From Synechococcus sp. (GTDB lineage: Bacteria; Cyanobacteriota; Cyanobacteriia; PCC-6307; Cyanobiaceae): DNA of 64,000 nt. A program made the position numbers and the translations under genes. Shown here in pieces: positions 1 to 9,442 of the stretch. The notes below the pieces were generated by a model. The model made no database searches. It saw only the letters and a list, made by a program, of their open reading frames with translations, and was not told the DNA's origin. Location of the stretch: NCBI GenBank assembly GCA_047284725.1, contig JBJBEO010000001.1, positions 1,464,203 through 1,528,202 of the forward strand. Reading direction: 5' to 3'. How positions within the stretch are numbered: the first letter of the stretch is position 1; each line of letters begins with the position of its first letter.

Positions 1-1408
1 CAGAAACAAAAAATCTATTGCGGCCGTGTGACTTGGCTGAATACAGGTTCTTATCCGCTAATTCTCTTGCATCCTCAAACGTGATCGCTCGAGTAGAATC
101 AATAAAAACAGCACCACAGCTAATGGTAACATTGTTAAACGGAGAGGACTGATGTGGAATCCGACAGACTTCAATGCTTTGTACCATATCAGCAACAATA
201 GTCACAAAATTGGAAAATTGAACATCATGCAGAATGAGAAAAAATTCTTCGCCACCAAACCTAAAAAATCCGTCCAAAGGCCTCTTAGCGAATTTTGATA
301 ATTCTTTGGCCACTTGGACAAGGCATTTGTCACCCTTATCATGCCCATAGCCGTCATTATAATTCTTAAAAAAATCCACATCAATCATCACTAGCCCAAC
401 TGTATTTTGCGATCTGCACGAAATTCGCCAAATCTTTAAGCCAAAAGACTCGAGAGCTCTTCTATTTTTAACGCCGCACAAAGGGTCAATGGTTGCAAGG
501 TCAGACAGGGAAGAACAATTAAAGACGAGATTGTCAATCAAAGAAATAAATCCATCACTAAGCCTTTCTATCTCCGATGAAGAAGAAACCTCTTCCATGC
601 ACTGTTTTAACCTACCTGCAATTGAGTTCAGCTTATCCGAAAAGTCGTCGAGATCTCCACGGGGGTCAATCGACGGAATTGACCTAATAATTCTTTCTAT
701 ATTTTGAATAGGAACAGCAATACTGTCTCTTGATAATTTAATAATTGCGAAGCAAGATAGAATGCCGAACAAAAGAATCATTGCAATCAAATTGCGTGAC
801 CTATGATTTGCCTGATCAAGCAAACTCGACTCATACTGTTGTCTGAGTGACTCAAGACGCCTGGCATTCTCAAGAACCTCATCCTCAACCAACAATAAAT
901 CAAGAAGTGGGTAGGAATTTATCAAGTCAAGAGTTTCTTGCCTAGACAAAACTCCTGAGTAAATTTCTTTTTCCACCATACGACTTGCTCTCTGCACTCT
1001 CAAATAAGCAGACTCATGAATACGTTCAAAATTTATAAATTCAATCTTGTTAGCAAATCTTTCCCTCTCTTCATTGAACATTTTATTCTCCATTTCCGAT
1101 AAATACGTAGAAACATGCCCTATATTTTTCCGCTGATCAACGAAAGAAGAAGAATTTCTGCCTGACAAAACCTCAAGCTTTAACCTATCAAGCTTCGCTA
1201 TATCGTAGGCGAGCTCCTGAAAGCCATCAATCTCCAAGTTGATGTTCTCAATTCTAACTTGAGCAGCTATTTCACTGGACCTATACCAGAATTCATAGGA
1301 AATAATTGGAACCGTGGCAAGAAATAAACTAAAAACTTGAAGAGAAACAATTCTTCCGATTAGCTCATTTCGGCGAAAAAAGGGAAACAAAGATGAAAAT
1401 ATTTGCAT
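1..1408 (-). CDS. Membrane-anchored diguanylate cyclase (two TM segments, periplasmic domain, GGDEF); 3' end runs off the window
   Basis: Absent from the ORF track because it is truncated; translated by hand from ATG 1408 in one open frame to position 2: MQIFSSLFP...TIDPLCGVKNRR...VMIDVDFFKNYNDGYGHDKGD...RFGGEEF...VTISCG...ADKNLYSAKSHGRNRF. Intact GGEEF active site. Confidence 0.9.
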   Translation of the reverse strand, partial: MQIFSSLFPFFRRNELIGRIVSLQVFSLFLATVPIISYEFWYRSSEIAAQVRIENINLEIDGFQELAYDIAKLDRLKLEVLSGRNSSSFVDQRKNIGHVSTYLSEMENKMFNEERERFANKIEFINFERIHESAYLRVQRASRMVEKEIYSGVLSRQETLDLINSYPLLDLLLVEDEVLENARRLESLRQQYESSLLDQANHRSRNLIAMILLFGILSCFAIIKLSRDSIAVPIQNIERIIRSIPSIDPRGDLDDFSDKLNSIAGRLKQCMEEVSSSSEIERLSDGFISLIDNLVFNCSSLSDLATIDPLCGVKNRRALESFGLKIWRISCRSQNTVGLVMIDVDFFKNYNDGYGHDKGDKCLVQVAKELSKFAKRPLDGFFRFGGEEFFLILHDVQFSNFVTIVADMVQSIEVCRIPHQSSPFNNVTISCGAVFIDSTRAITFEDARELADKNLYSAKSHGRNRFFVS

Positions 1409-1414
1409 CAAACT

Positions 1415-2362
1415 TTAGCCTGATGATCGCAGAAACTTACTAGATATCCGGGGCTTTAGTGTCTGAGAGTCAATTGTTCCGAGCTGAATTCCCGCCTGAT
1501 AAATTAAGTCAATATTTCTTTCAGCAAGACCATCCTGGGAGAGCAATGAGACTTGGGATGCCGGGTTACTGTAAAATTTAAGACCTTCAAGCAACTCCTT
1601 GAATTCATTAGGCTCAAGCCCTTCATTCATAGCCATTGATTCGATAAACGGTTTTTCGTCCTTCTCAAACTTCTGCAAAAATTTTAACCATCCTGCGACT
1701 AAAGCCCGCAATTTACTTTCCTCATTGAGATAGAGATTTGGAGATACAACCATATAATCGAGAACTGCTGCTGGCACGCTAGATGAGTCAAAGATAGTAG
1801 AAGCTCCGAGTTCTCGCGCTAGTTCTGATGTTGGTGGATAAGTAACAATTGCATCAACTTCTCCGTTAGCCAAGGCCTCAGGCATCTTATCCATGACCAT
1901 TGGACGCAGAGCTATATCATCTACACTAAGATGACTATCCTGAAGAGATTGATACAAAACATATGTTCCAAATGCGTCAGTCGTTACGGCTACTTTTCTA
2001 CCCTTCAAATCATTTACGTCCGAGAAATTTATAGACATTAACTGATCACCACCTGTCGATTGATCAATAACCAAAATTATGACTGGGCATCTATCTGGAG
2101 TTATTTTACAAATGTTGGAGATCTCAATTCCTGTTAGCTGTGCAATATCGATTAGCCCTCGCGAGAAAGCCCTTGCGGGGTCAGCCTGATCTTCATATCT
2201 AACGATCTCTAAATTACTTATGTAACCCTCTTCAATAGCAGAATTCAGGATTTCATAGCCTGGCCAAGGCGAATAAGACACCTTCATATTCTCAGAAGAA
2301 TTCGAACATGCGGAAGTGAATGCCAGCAAAAATAAAACAGCAATTCGATTAATAGGATTCAT
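1415..2362 (-). CDS. SsuA/NMT1-like periplasmic solute-binding lipoprotein
   Basis: Lipobox TSAC; motifs SPWPGY, IDQSTGGD, DLKGRKVAV, GEVDAIVTYPP typical of the NitT/TauT binding-protein class; stop codon is 6 nt upstream of the DGC start. Confidence 0.8.
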   Translation of the reverse strand: MNPINRIAVLFLLAFTSACSNSSENMKVSYSPWPGYEILNSAIEEGYISNLEIVRYEDQADPARAFSRGLIDIAQLTGIEISNICKITPDRCPVIILVIDQSTGGDQLMSINFSDVNDLKGRKVAVTTDAFGTYVLYQSLQDSHLSVDDIALRPMVMDKMPEALANGEVDAIVTYPPTSELARELGASTIFDSSSVPAAVLDYMVVSPNLYLNEESKLRALVAGWLKFLQKFEKDEKPFIESMAMNEGLEPNEFKELLEGLKFYSNPASQVSLLSQDGLAERNIDLIYQAGIQLGTIDSQTLKPRISSKFLRSSG

Positions 2363-2857
2363 TTTTAGCTAAAATTTTATATAACCTAGCGGATTAAGCG
2401 CATTGACAACAGGAATCCAGGATAACTTTATGATTTCGAGCCCACATCAACTTTTAATACAACTCTCACTCGCGGCCAGATAAAACCAATAACGATCTTC
2501 CCTCGAGTCGAGTTAATGGTCGCACTAGAACAATGGCAACAAAAGACAGGCCGCAATAAGGCGACGATCAACAAAATAAAATACATAATACGCTTAAAAA
2601 TATCCTTATCGAGTAGATGTATCGACTAAAATCGATACATCAAGGTTGGCCCAGGGAAACAGCGCCATACCTTGAGGTCATGGACCCAGGGATGTCATAG
2701 CCAAGTCGCTTCGACCCACGTTTCTCTTTTGCAGTGATTGGGTTGAACCATGAACAAACGAGCGCGGAAGGCCGTCTTTCCACCGGGAAGGGCGACCTTC
2801 TCTTTTGACGCCGGATTTCGTCTGTTTCGACGGACAGGAGTTCTGGCAGACAACAAT

Positions 2858-2897
2858 TCATCTGATGGGAATCTTCGATGAGATCCCCATCAGATGA
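2858..2897. repeat. 17-bp inverted repeat (hairpin)
   Basis: TCATCTGATGGGAATCT-tcgatg-AGATCCCCATCAGATGA with one mismatch (a G-U pair on the minus strand). Confidence 0.8.
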
Positions 2898-3273
2898 CGG
2901 TGATACAACTGCCTAGGGATGACACAGCCGTGGAGGTGATCGCCCCCTAGGCCCGGGTGAAGTGCTCAGCAACCGCTCATCAGCGGTGAGGCGCATGTCA
3001 CACAGCCTGTCTTGAGCATGGTCTCCCACGCGTCTGACGCACACGATCAGCAGCCACTCGTCGCCCGATGACAGCGTGATCAGAACCCACCTTGCTCGTT
3101 CGGCTTCTTGCCGGTCTGATACACGAACAGCAGGTAGTGCCCCTCGCGGGTGAACTTGATGAAATCCAGTGACAGCAGCGGCCACCAGAGCCAGCGTTGA
3201 TCGGCAGGATTCACACCAGCTCCAGCCACCAAGATCGACCCATTGATGCCGTGATTCTGCAGGCCCCCATGGT

Positions 3274-6200
3274 TCAACGAGACTCAGAAGGGAGAAGCCA
3301 TCGCCCATAGCGGGCATACAACGCCGGTATCACCACCAACGTAAGCAGGGTGGAGGTGATGAGCCCGCCGAGCACAACGATGGCGAGAGGCTGAAGGATT
3401 TCATTGCCGGCGCCAAAAGCAAGGGCCAACGGCACCATGCCAAGGGATGAGGTCAGTGCCGTCATCAAGATGGCGTTGAGCCTTTCCAGGCTGCCGTTGC
3501 GAATCAACTCCATCGGTGGTTCACCGTTTTGATGTCGCCGATTGAAGTTGTCCACCAGCAACAGGCCATTGCGAACGGCCACTCCGAACAAGGTGATGAA
3601 ACCGATCAAGGACGCCACCGACAGCACCCCACCACTGATCAAAACGGCCACCAGCCCACCAACCAGGGCCAGAGGCAGATTGATCAGAATGGCCACCGTG
3701 GCCGGCCACGAGCGCACCGCCACCAGCATCAAGCCAGCAATCACCACAGCGGCCAAAAGGCTGTAGAGAACCAAGGCGCGAGTTGCGCGTTGCTCTGATT
3801 CGAATTGACCTCCGTAGCGAATGCTGTAGCCAACCGGAAGCCGGACGACCTTGGCCACCTGGCTGCGAATGTCGTTCACCACAGGGCTCAAAGCGCGACC
3901 GGACACATTGGCTGACACCAGAATCCGGCGAGCCACATCCTCACGGTTGATCTCGTTCGGGCCACGGGTCGACGTCACCATGACGAAATCGCCAAGCGGT
4001 TTGAGCACACCAGAAGTGGTTCGAATCGGCAGGCGACGCAAGGCGTCGACATCACTGCGTTCCTCAGGAGGCAGCATCACAACCAGGGGATCTCGGCCAC
4101 TGGCGGGCTCAGGCGGGCTGATGCGTGCACCATGAAGGCCAACGTCGATCGCTTCCGCCAGGGTTGCCAGGCCCACTCCATCCTGCAGAGCCCGTTCACG
4201 ATCAAGCGTCAGTTGAATCTGGGGCACCGGCAGCAGAGGCTCAAGCTGAAGATCCACCACTCCTGGCACATCACCCACCACATCACGCACCTGCTCTCCA
4301 AGACGGCGCAGTTCATTCAGATCAGGGCCGGAAATCTTGATGGCGATGGCACTGCGGACACCCGAGAGCACTTCATCCATCCGGTGGGAGATGAACCCAC
4401 CGATGTTGGGGGCCACACCAGGCAGTGCGAGAAAGGCCTCACGAATCCGAGCGATGGCAGCCGGGCGATCCGCTATGGCCAGATCACTCAGTTCAAGATC
4501 CACATGGGCGATGTTCACGCCCGCCCCATCGGCATCCCCTGGAGCACGCCCGGAGCGCACCTGAATCCAGTCGACGTCGTCGCTGGACTGGAGACGTTCG
4601 GAGAGAACTGTGCCGGCGCGGCTGGTCATCTCGAGCGACACACCCGGGTAGAGCACCATCGAGTTCACCAGCGATTGCTCGCGAAACTCCGGCAAGAACA
4701 CCCGTCCAAGCCCCGGAAGAATCAAGACAGCCGCCACCACCGTTGCCAAGGCAAGAGCCAAAACACGGCGCGGTGTGGCCAAAGAAAGATTGAGGATCGG
4801 TTTGTAGAGCCGTGCTGCTGTGCGCTCAACCCAAGAGCTTTCAGCCGGCAGCGGAGACCGACTGAGCAACAGAGCACAGAGGGCCGGTGAAAGGGTGAGC
4901 GCCACAAGCGTCGACGCCACAATCGACAGCACGTAGGCAATGCCCATCGGCATGAAAATGCGCCCTTCCACGCCCGTGAGCGTGAAGACCGGGGAGAACA
5001 CCACCACGATGATCAAGGTGGAGAACAGCACCGGCTGACGCACCTCCACCGATGTGCGGAAGACCACCTCCAAAGGGTCTTGGGGTGAGGGCAACTGGCG
5101 ATTGCGGCGCAGGCCCCGATAGCAGTTCTCCATGTCGACGATGGCGTCATCGACCACCGACCCAATGGCAACCACCAAACCACCGAGGGTCATGGTGTTG
5201 AGCTGCAGCCCGAGCCAGCGCATCAACAACAGACCCACCAACAACGACAACGGAATGGCGCTGAGGGTGATCACAGCGGTGCGCCAATTCATCAGAAACA
5301 ACACCAACACGGCCGCCACAATCACCACGCCGAGCAGCAGTGACTCGCTCACATTGCGGATGGCTAGGTCGATGAACTGGGCCTGACGGAAGGTCTGATG
5401 CACCTGCACACCCTCCAGCAGGGATGCATTGAGCTGTTCAACCCGTTGTTCCACAGCCCGCGTCAGCCGCGGGGTATCCACATCGGGCTGTTTGTTGATC
5501 ATCAACACCACAGCTGGCTTGGCATTAAATGTGGCTTCGCCACGCCGTAAGGCAGCACCTGAGCGAATCTCAGCGACATCGCCTAAGGAGTTGATCTCAC
5601 CAGTGGCTGATCGCACAGGCATCCGTTCCAGATCAACACTGCTCGTGCTGAAGGTGGGAGGAAGAATCAGACGTTCCTGGCCGCCAGCAATCTGAACACC
5701 ACCGCGGCCGTTGAACAGCGAATCGCGAGTCGCCTGAACAACATCAGCGAGAGCAAGATTGCGCTGCTGCAGGGCCGCCAGGTTCAGCTGCACTTGTGTC
5801 TGCGGCAGGTCACCGCCGTAGATCGTCACCTGGGCAACGCCAGGGATGGCAAGCAAAGCGTTTTCGTAAGTGGTTTCAACCAAGGAGCGCAATCGCAATC
5901 GCTCATCTGCCGACGCCGAGTCCGGCAGGGTGAAGGCGTATTGGAGAACGGTGCCGAGGGGCGAAAGCGGTGGGGAAATTTCAGGCGAATCGGCCGAGGC
6001 TGGCAACTGTGTGCGGAGCTGCTGCAACCGTTCAGACACCAACTGGCGTGCGTTCTGCAACTGCGCGGTATCGCGGAACGCCACCTGCACCATCGAAAGG
6101 CCAGGTTTGGATGCTGAGCGCACCACCTCCACACCAGGCAAACCATTCACAGCCGCCTCAATCGGCGCACTGATCTGCCGCTCAACCTGCTCCGGGGCCA

Positions 6201-6378
6201 GACCAGGAGCGGCCGTTTGAATCTCCACCTGCGGCGGCGCGAAGGGGGGAAACACATCCAGGGGCATCTGAACAAGGTTCAGAACGCCCCACATACTTAT
6301 CAGCAGCGAGCAGAAAACAACCAGCCATCGGCGCGCAATCGAAGCACGCAAGATGGCGTTAAGAAGCCTGGTCAACAT
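3274..6378 (-). CDS. Heavy-metal efflux RND permease (CzcA/CusA/NrsA family)
   Basis: 1034 aa; DVFPPFAPPQVEIQT N-terminal motif, TM4 GSVVDDAIVDMEN, ERLNAILMTAL, EILQPLAIVVLGG. Confidence 0.92.
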   Translation of the reverse strand: MLTRLLNAILRASIARRWLVVFCSLLISMWGVLNLVQMPLDVFPPFAPPQVEIQTAAPGLAPEQVERQISAPIEAAVNGLPGVEVVRSASKPGLSMVQVAFRDTAQLQNARQLVSERLQQLRTQLPASADSPEISPPLSPLGTVLQYAFTLPDSASADERLRLRSLVETTYENALLAIPGVAQVTIYGGDLPQTQVQLNLAALQQRNLALADVVQATRDSLFNGRGGVQIAGGQERLILPPTFSTSSVDLERMPVRSATGEINSLGDVAEIRSGAALRRGEATFNAKPAVVLMINKQPDVDTPRLTRAVEQRVEQLNASLLEGVQVHQTFRQAQFIDLAIRNVSESLLLGVVIVAAVLVLFLMNWRTAVITLSAIPLSLLVGLLLMRWLGLQLNTMTLGGLVVAIGSVVDDAIVDMENCYRGLRRNRQLPSPQDPLEVVFRTSVEVRQPVLFSTLIIVVVFSPVFTLTGVEGRIFMPMGIAYVLSIVASTLVALTLSPALCALLLSRSPLPAESSWVERTAARLYKPILNLSLATPRRVLALALATVVAAVLILPGLGRVFLPEFREQSLVNSMVLYPGVSLEMTSRAGTVLSERLQSSDDVDWIQVRSGRAPGDADGAGVNIAHVDLELSDLAIADRPAAIARIREAFLALPGVAPNIGGFISHRMDEVLSGVRSAIAIKISGPDLNELRRLGEQVRDVVGDVPGVVDLQLEPLLPVPQIQLTLDRERALQDGVGLATLAEAIDVGLHGARISPPEPASGRDPLVVMLPPEERSDVDALRRLPIRTTSGVLKPLGDFVMVTSTRGPNEINREDVARRILVSANVSGRALSPVVNDIRSQVAKVVRLPVGYSIRYGGQFESEQRATRALVLYSLLAAVVIAGLMLVAVRSWPATVAILINLPLALVGGLVAVLISGGVLSVASLIGFITLFGVAVRNGLLLVDNFNRRHQNGEPPMELIRNGSLERLNAILMTALTSSLGMVPLALAFGAGNEILQPLAIVVLGGLITSTLLTLVVIPALYARYGRWLLPSESR

Positions 6379-6390
6379 CGAGGTATCCGA

Positions 6391-6978
6391 TCAACCTTGA
6401 TTTGATCCAGAATCACTACTGCGAATTCCCAATCCCACCGCAAGGATCACGAGCACAGCAACACCAACACCTCCTGGGAGTAGCCATGCCGGAGTGTTGC
6501 TTTGTGCCGATTGATCGTCAGCCTGAGCATGCTTGGCAGCAGCGGTGCTGGCTGAGCTTTCCTCAACAGAAACGCGATCCTTCTTCTGAGACTCGGCGTA
6601 AAGCGAAAGAGCACCTGAAACAACCACCTGTTCATCGGCGCTGACGCCCTCGAGAACAACCGTGCGATCGCCGGTTACAGCTCCAAGAACGACGAACACC
6701 GGGTCATAGGTGTTGCCACTGCGAACGAAAACCAGTGATTTCCCATTTGCCTCAACGATGGCGACGGTCGGCAGGGTCAACTGCCCATCAGGCTCGCTCT
6801 GAGGTGCAGCAGTGGTGATGCCCAAGAGCTGATCCTGCTCAGGCGAGGCCTTCACCTGATCGACCTCACCGTTCTGAACGAACTCATCACCATGGCCAGA
6901 ATGGGCCAGCGCGGCTGGGCCAACAAAAGCTTGAGCACCACTGCAAAGCAGTACGCAGCTAAGAGCGAGCGCGCGCAT
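6391..6978 (-). CDS. Reduced RND periplasmic adaptor-like protein
   Basis: Signal peptide, mature N-terminus HSGHGDEF, CzcB-like C-terminal segment (LPTVAIVEANGKSLVFV...VLEGVSADEQVVVSG), C-terminal hydrophobic anchor; 12 nt upstream of the RND permease. Confidence 0.7.
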   Translation of the reverse strand: MRALALSCVLLCSGAQAFVGPAALAHSGHGDEFVQNGEVDQVKASPEQDQLLGITTAAPQSEPDGQLTLPTVAIVEANGKSLVFVRSGNTYDPVFVVLGAVTGDRTVVLEGVSADEQVVVSGALSLYAESQKKDRVSVEESSASTAAAKHAQADDQSAQSNTPAWLLPGGVGVAVLVILAVGLGIRSSDSGSNQG

Positions 6979-7329
6979 GCGTTCATCAGGAAGACGACAA
7001 CTAATTTTCGGCTAATGTCCGGGATTTAACAACCTGCCAAGAGAAGCCTCAGTTCCACACCGTCAAACCCAATTTCACGAAATCCCAAGGCCAACTCAGG
7101 AAGATGTCCTTCATAAAATCCGGAAACAGGGAATACAGAAGCAGTAAAGGCCGCCTGGACCAACGTTGACCCCCAGATTGCGTTCTGTTCAACACCACAG
7201 AACGCTGAACCCTTCTTCAATGTTACAAAGCCAGACAACCAAAGGTCAGCACTCGATAGCGTTGTTTGAGAGCTGAAAAGCGGAGACATCACGGTGCTCA
7301 GATCCCTCCGCAGGCGATGCAGGCGACTC

Positions 7330-7776
7330 ATGATCGCCATCTTCAGTGTCGCCTTGATTCTCATACAACCCGTGGGAACATTCGCCTGCGTGCCTGGCCT
7401 TGAATGGGGAATGGATCGCTCCAGCCTTGAAGCCCACCTGGGAGTGCCCCTCAGTGAAAGGAATGACAGCACCTTTGAAGCCCAATCTCTTCAGATCGGA
7501 GAGCTTCCGGTGAGTCGGCTGCGGTTGCAGATGGGCGATCAAGGTCTGAAGCATCTGGCATACGAGCTTCAACCTGATTCGATGGTCGAAGTCTTGGCAG
7601 GCTTGCGCTCCCGCTATGGATCTCCGGTGAGCACCACATTGGATGACAAACAGCAACCTTTACAGCAGGTCTGGGTCTGGAACACTGGAGATGACTGCAT
7701 CACGGCTGTCCGATCCGGAAACGACGCGTTTGTGCTCAGCTACCGTCCCACCCGCCTCAATCCAGCGCTGCTTTAA
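7330..7776 (+). CDS. Exported hypothetical protein
   Basis: Hydrophobic signal-like N-terminus followed by GLEWGM; protein-like composition; start may be 7294 or 7330. Confidence 0.6.
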   Translation: MIAIFSVALILIQPVGTFACVPGLEWGMDRSSLEAHLGVPLSERNDSTFEAQSLQIGELPVSRLRLQMGDQGLKHLAYELQPDSMVEVLAGLRSRYGSPVSTTLDDKQQPLQQVWVWNTGDDCITAVRSGNDAFVLSYRPTRLNPALL

Positions 7777-8485
7777 GTGGTTAGGGCTCAGGTTGCCAAA
7801 GGAAGCAGCACCAGCAGACAACGGCTGGATGACGCGCGATGGCACTGAATCCTCCAGTGCCAAATCGTAGCAGCCGTGATGCCAATCATCTTTTCGACAA
7901 CTGATCCAGAGCGCCAAGGACACACGAGAGAAACAGCAAGTGCAACCGCACACTCTGATCTCAAGCCGAACGAACCTGTAATAACTTCAGATCGCATCCA
8001 TCATAACCAGCTGCACACAGTCTCAGAGACAATTGACTGATAAACCATTCTCAGGATCTGCCTTCGTGTGGTGAAACACTGAAGAATCAGGCAAGGTGCG
8101 CCATAGCGCTGACTGAAGACCACGACCATCATCAAGGCCATCAGCTTGAAGACCCTTCACTTGCAGCCCAGTGCATCGCCAATCGATTAGGAGTCGACCA
8201 CCCGAACAATTGAAAGAATAAGCGCTGTTGAATCAATCATTTCTGACCACTTGAATTGTTGCCTCAAAGCCACATCGGCTTTCAAGAATGACTTTTCAAC
8301 AGCAAGCTTCAGCCATGAGTTTGCTCTCATTAACGCATCACGGCCACCACGGCTGTATGCCATGCAAGCCATCAGAGAATCATCGAGATTTTCACTTCGG
8401 CTTGTCTCGTTTCTAAACACTGTGGAGCTGACCAAGGGAGTTCAGGACACCAGTCCAATACGATTTTCACCCGTCAGCCGAGCCA

Positions 8486-9442
8486 ATGACGATTGATTGC
8501 CTGTGTATCGGTCTGCTTTGCGCAGATTTGGTCTGCGACCCGATTGACGCATTGCCAAACCCCGGTCAGCTGATTGAAACCCACAGAATGGATCTGAGCC
8601 TTGGAGGCTGCGCAGCGAATGCGGCCTATGACCTCGCGCACCTTGGCGTGTCTGTTGGCGTCGGAGGTGGCATCGGCGACGATTTTTTCGGCCAGTATCT
8701 GGTTCACACCCTTGAGCAAGCGGGCGTCGACACAGCAGGCATTCACCGCACTGGAGACGCGGCAACGGCAACAACAGCAGTGATCAATGTGCATGGAGAT
8801 GACAGGCGCTTCATCTCAGCTGTCGGAGCCAACCGCTTATTCACCCAGGACATGATCCCGGCAGGTCTGATCGAATCCGCCAGGGTGATCTACATCGGTG
8901 GCTTCCTGATGCTGGATGCTCTGGAAACCGAGGAGACCCTGCACCGATTGCGCCAGGCGCGCGCCAATGGCGCCCTTGTTGTGTTGGATGTGATCGAAGT
9001 GATCGATCCGGCGGCCATGAAGCGGGTGGCTCGGTTTCTGCCCTATGCCGATGTCGTGCTTCCCAACACGGACGAAGCCGCCCTGCTGACCGGATGCACG
9101 GACCCTTGGGACCAGGCACGCACGTTCCTGGATGCAGGAGCAAGCACTGTTGTCATCACCGGAGGTGAGCAGGGCGTGCATGTCATGCAGCACGGTTTGC
9201 GTTTGCGGAGTGACGCCTACCCCACGACCTTCAGGGGGGGGACAGGTGCCGGCGATGCCTTTGATGCGGGATTCATCGCCGGCCATCTCAACGGCCAGGA
9301 TCTCCGAGGCTGTCTTCGCTGGGGTAGTGCGATGGGGGCCAGCTGTGTGCGCAGCACCTCGGCAACAGCCAGTGTCTTCGACAGGGCAGAAGCCCTTCAG
9401 TTCATGACCAGCCATGAACTGCACATCGAGGAGCTCGAATGA
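8486..9442 (+). CDS. PfkB-family carbohydrate kinase
   Basis: GGCAANAA, GDDFFG, PNTDEA, VITGGEQG and GTGAGDAFDAGF signature motifs. Confidence 0.9.
   Translation: MTIDCLCIGLLCADLVCDPIDALPNPGQLIETHRMDLSLGGCAANAAYDLAHLGVSVGVGGGIGDDFFGQYLVHTLEQAGVDTAGIHRTGDAATATTAVINVHGDDRRFISAVGANRLFTQDMIPAGLIESARVIYIGGFLMLDALETEETLHRLRQARANGALVVLDVIEVIDPAAMKRVARFLPYADVVLPNTDEAALLTGCTDPWDQARTFLDAGASTVVITGGEQGVHVMQHGLRLRSDAYPTTFRGGTGAGDAFDAGFIAGHLNGQDLRGCLRWGSAMGASCVRSTSATASVFDRAEALQFMTSHELHIEELE

Noticed and set aside
202..707. Track ORFs 202-384 and 489-707
   Set aside because: Off-frame or antisense shadows of the diguanylate cyclase at 1-1408.
3080..3277. 65-aa ORF overlapping the RND stop codon (TTGA)
   Set aside because: TTG start and no recognisable motif; cannot be supported without homologues.
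7788..8496. Several 69-82 aa ORFs upstream of the PfkB gene
   Set aside because: They overlap on both strands and have no motif or SD; possibly a degraded remnant but unidentifiable by eye.
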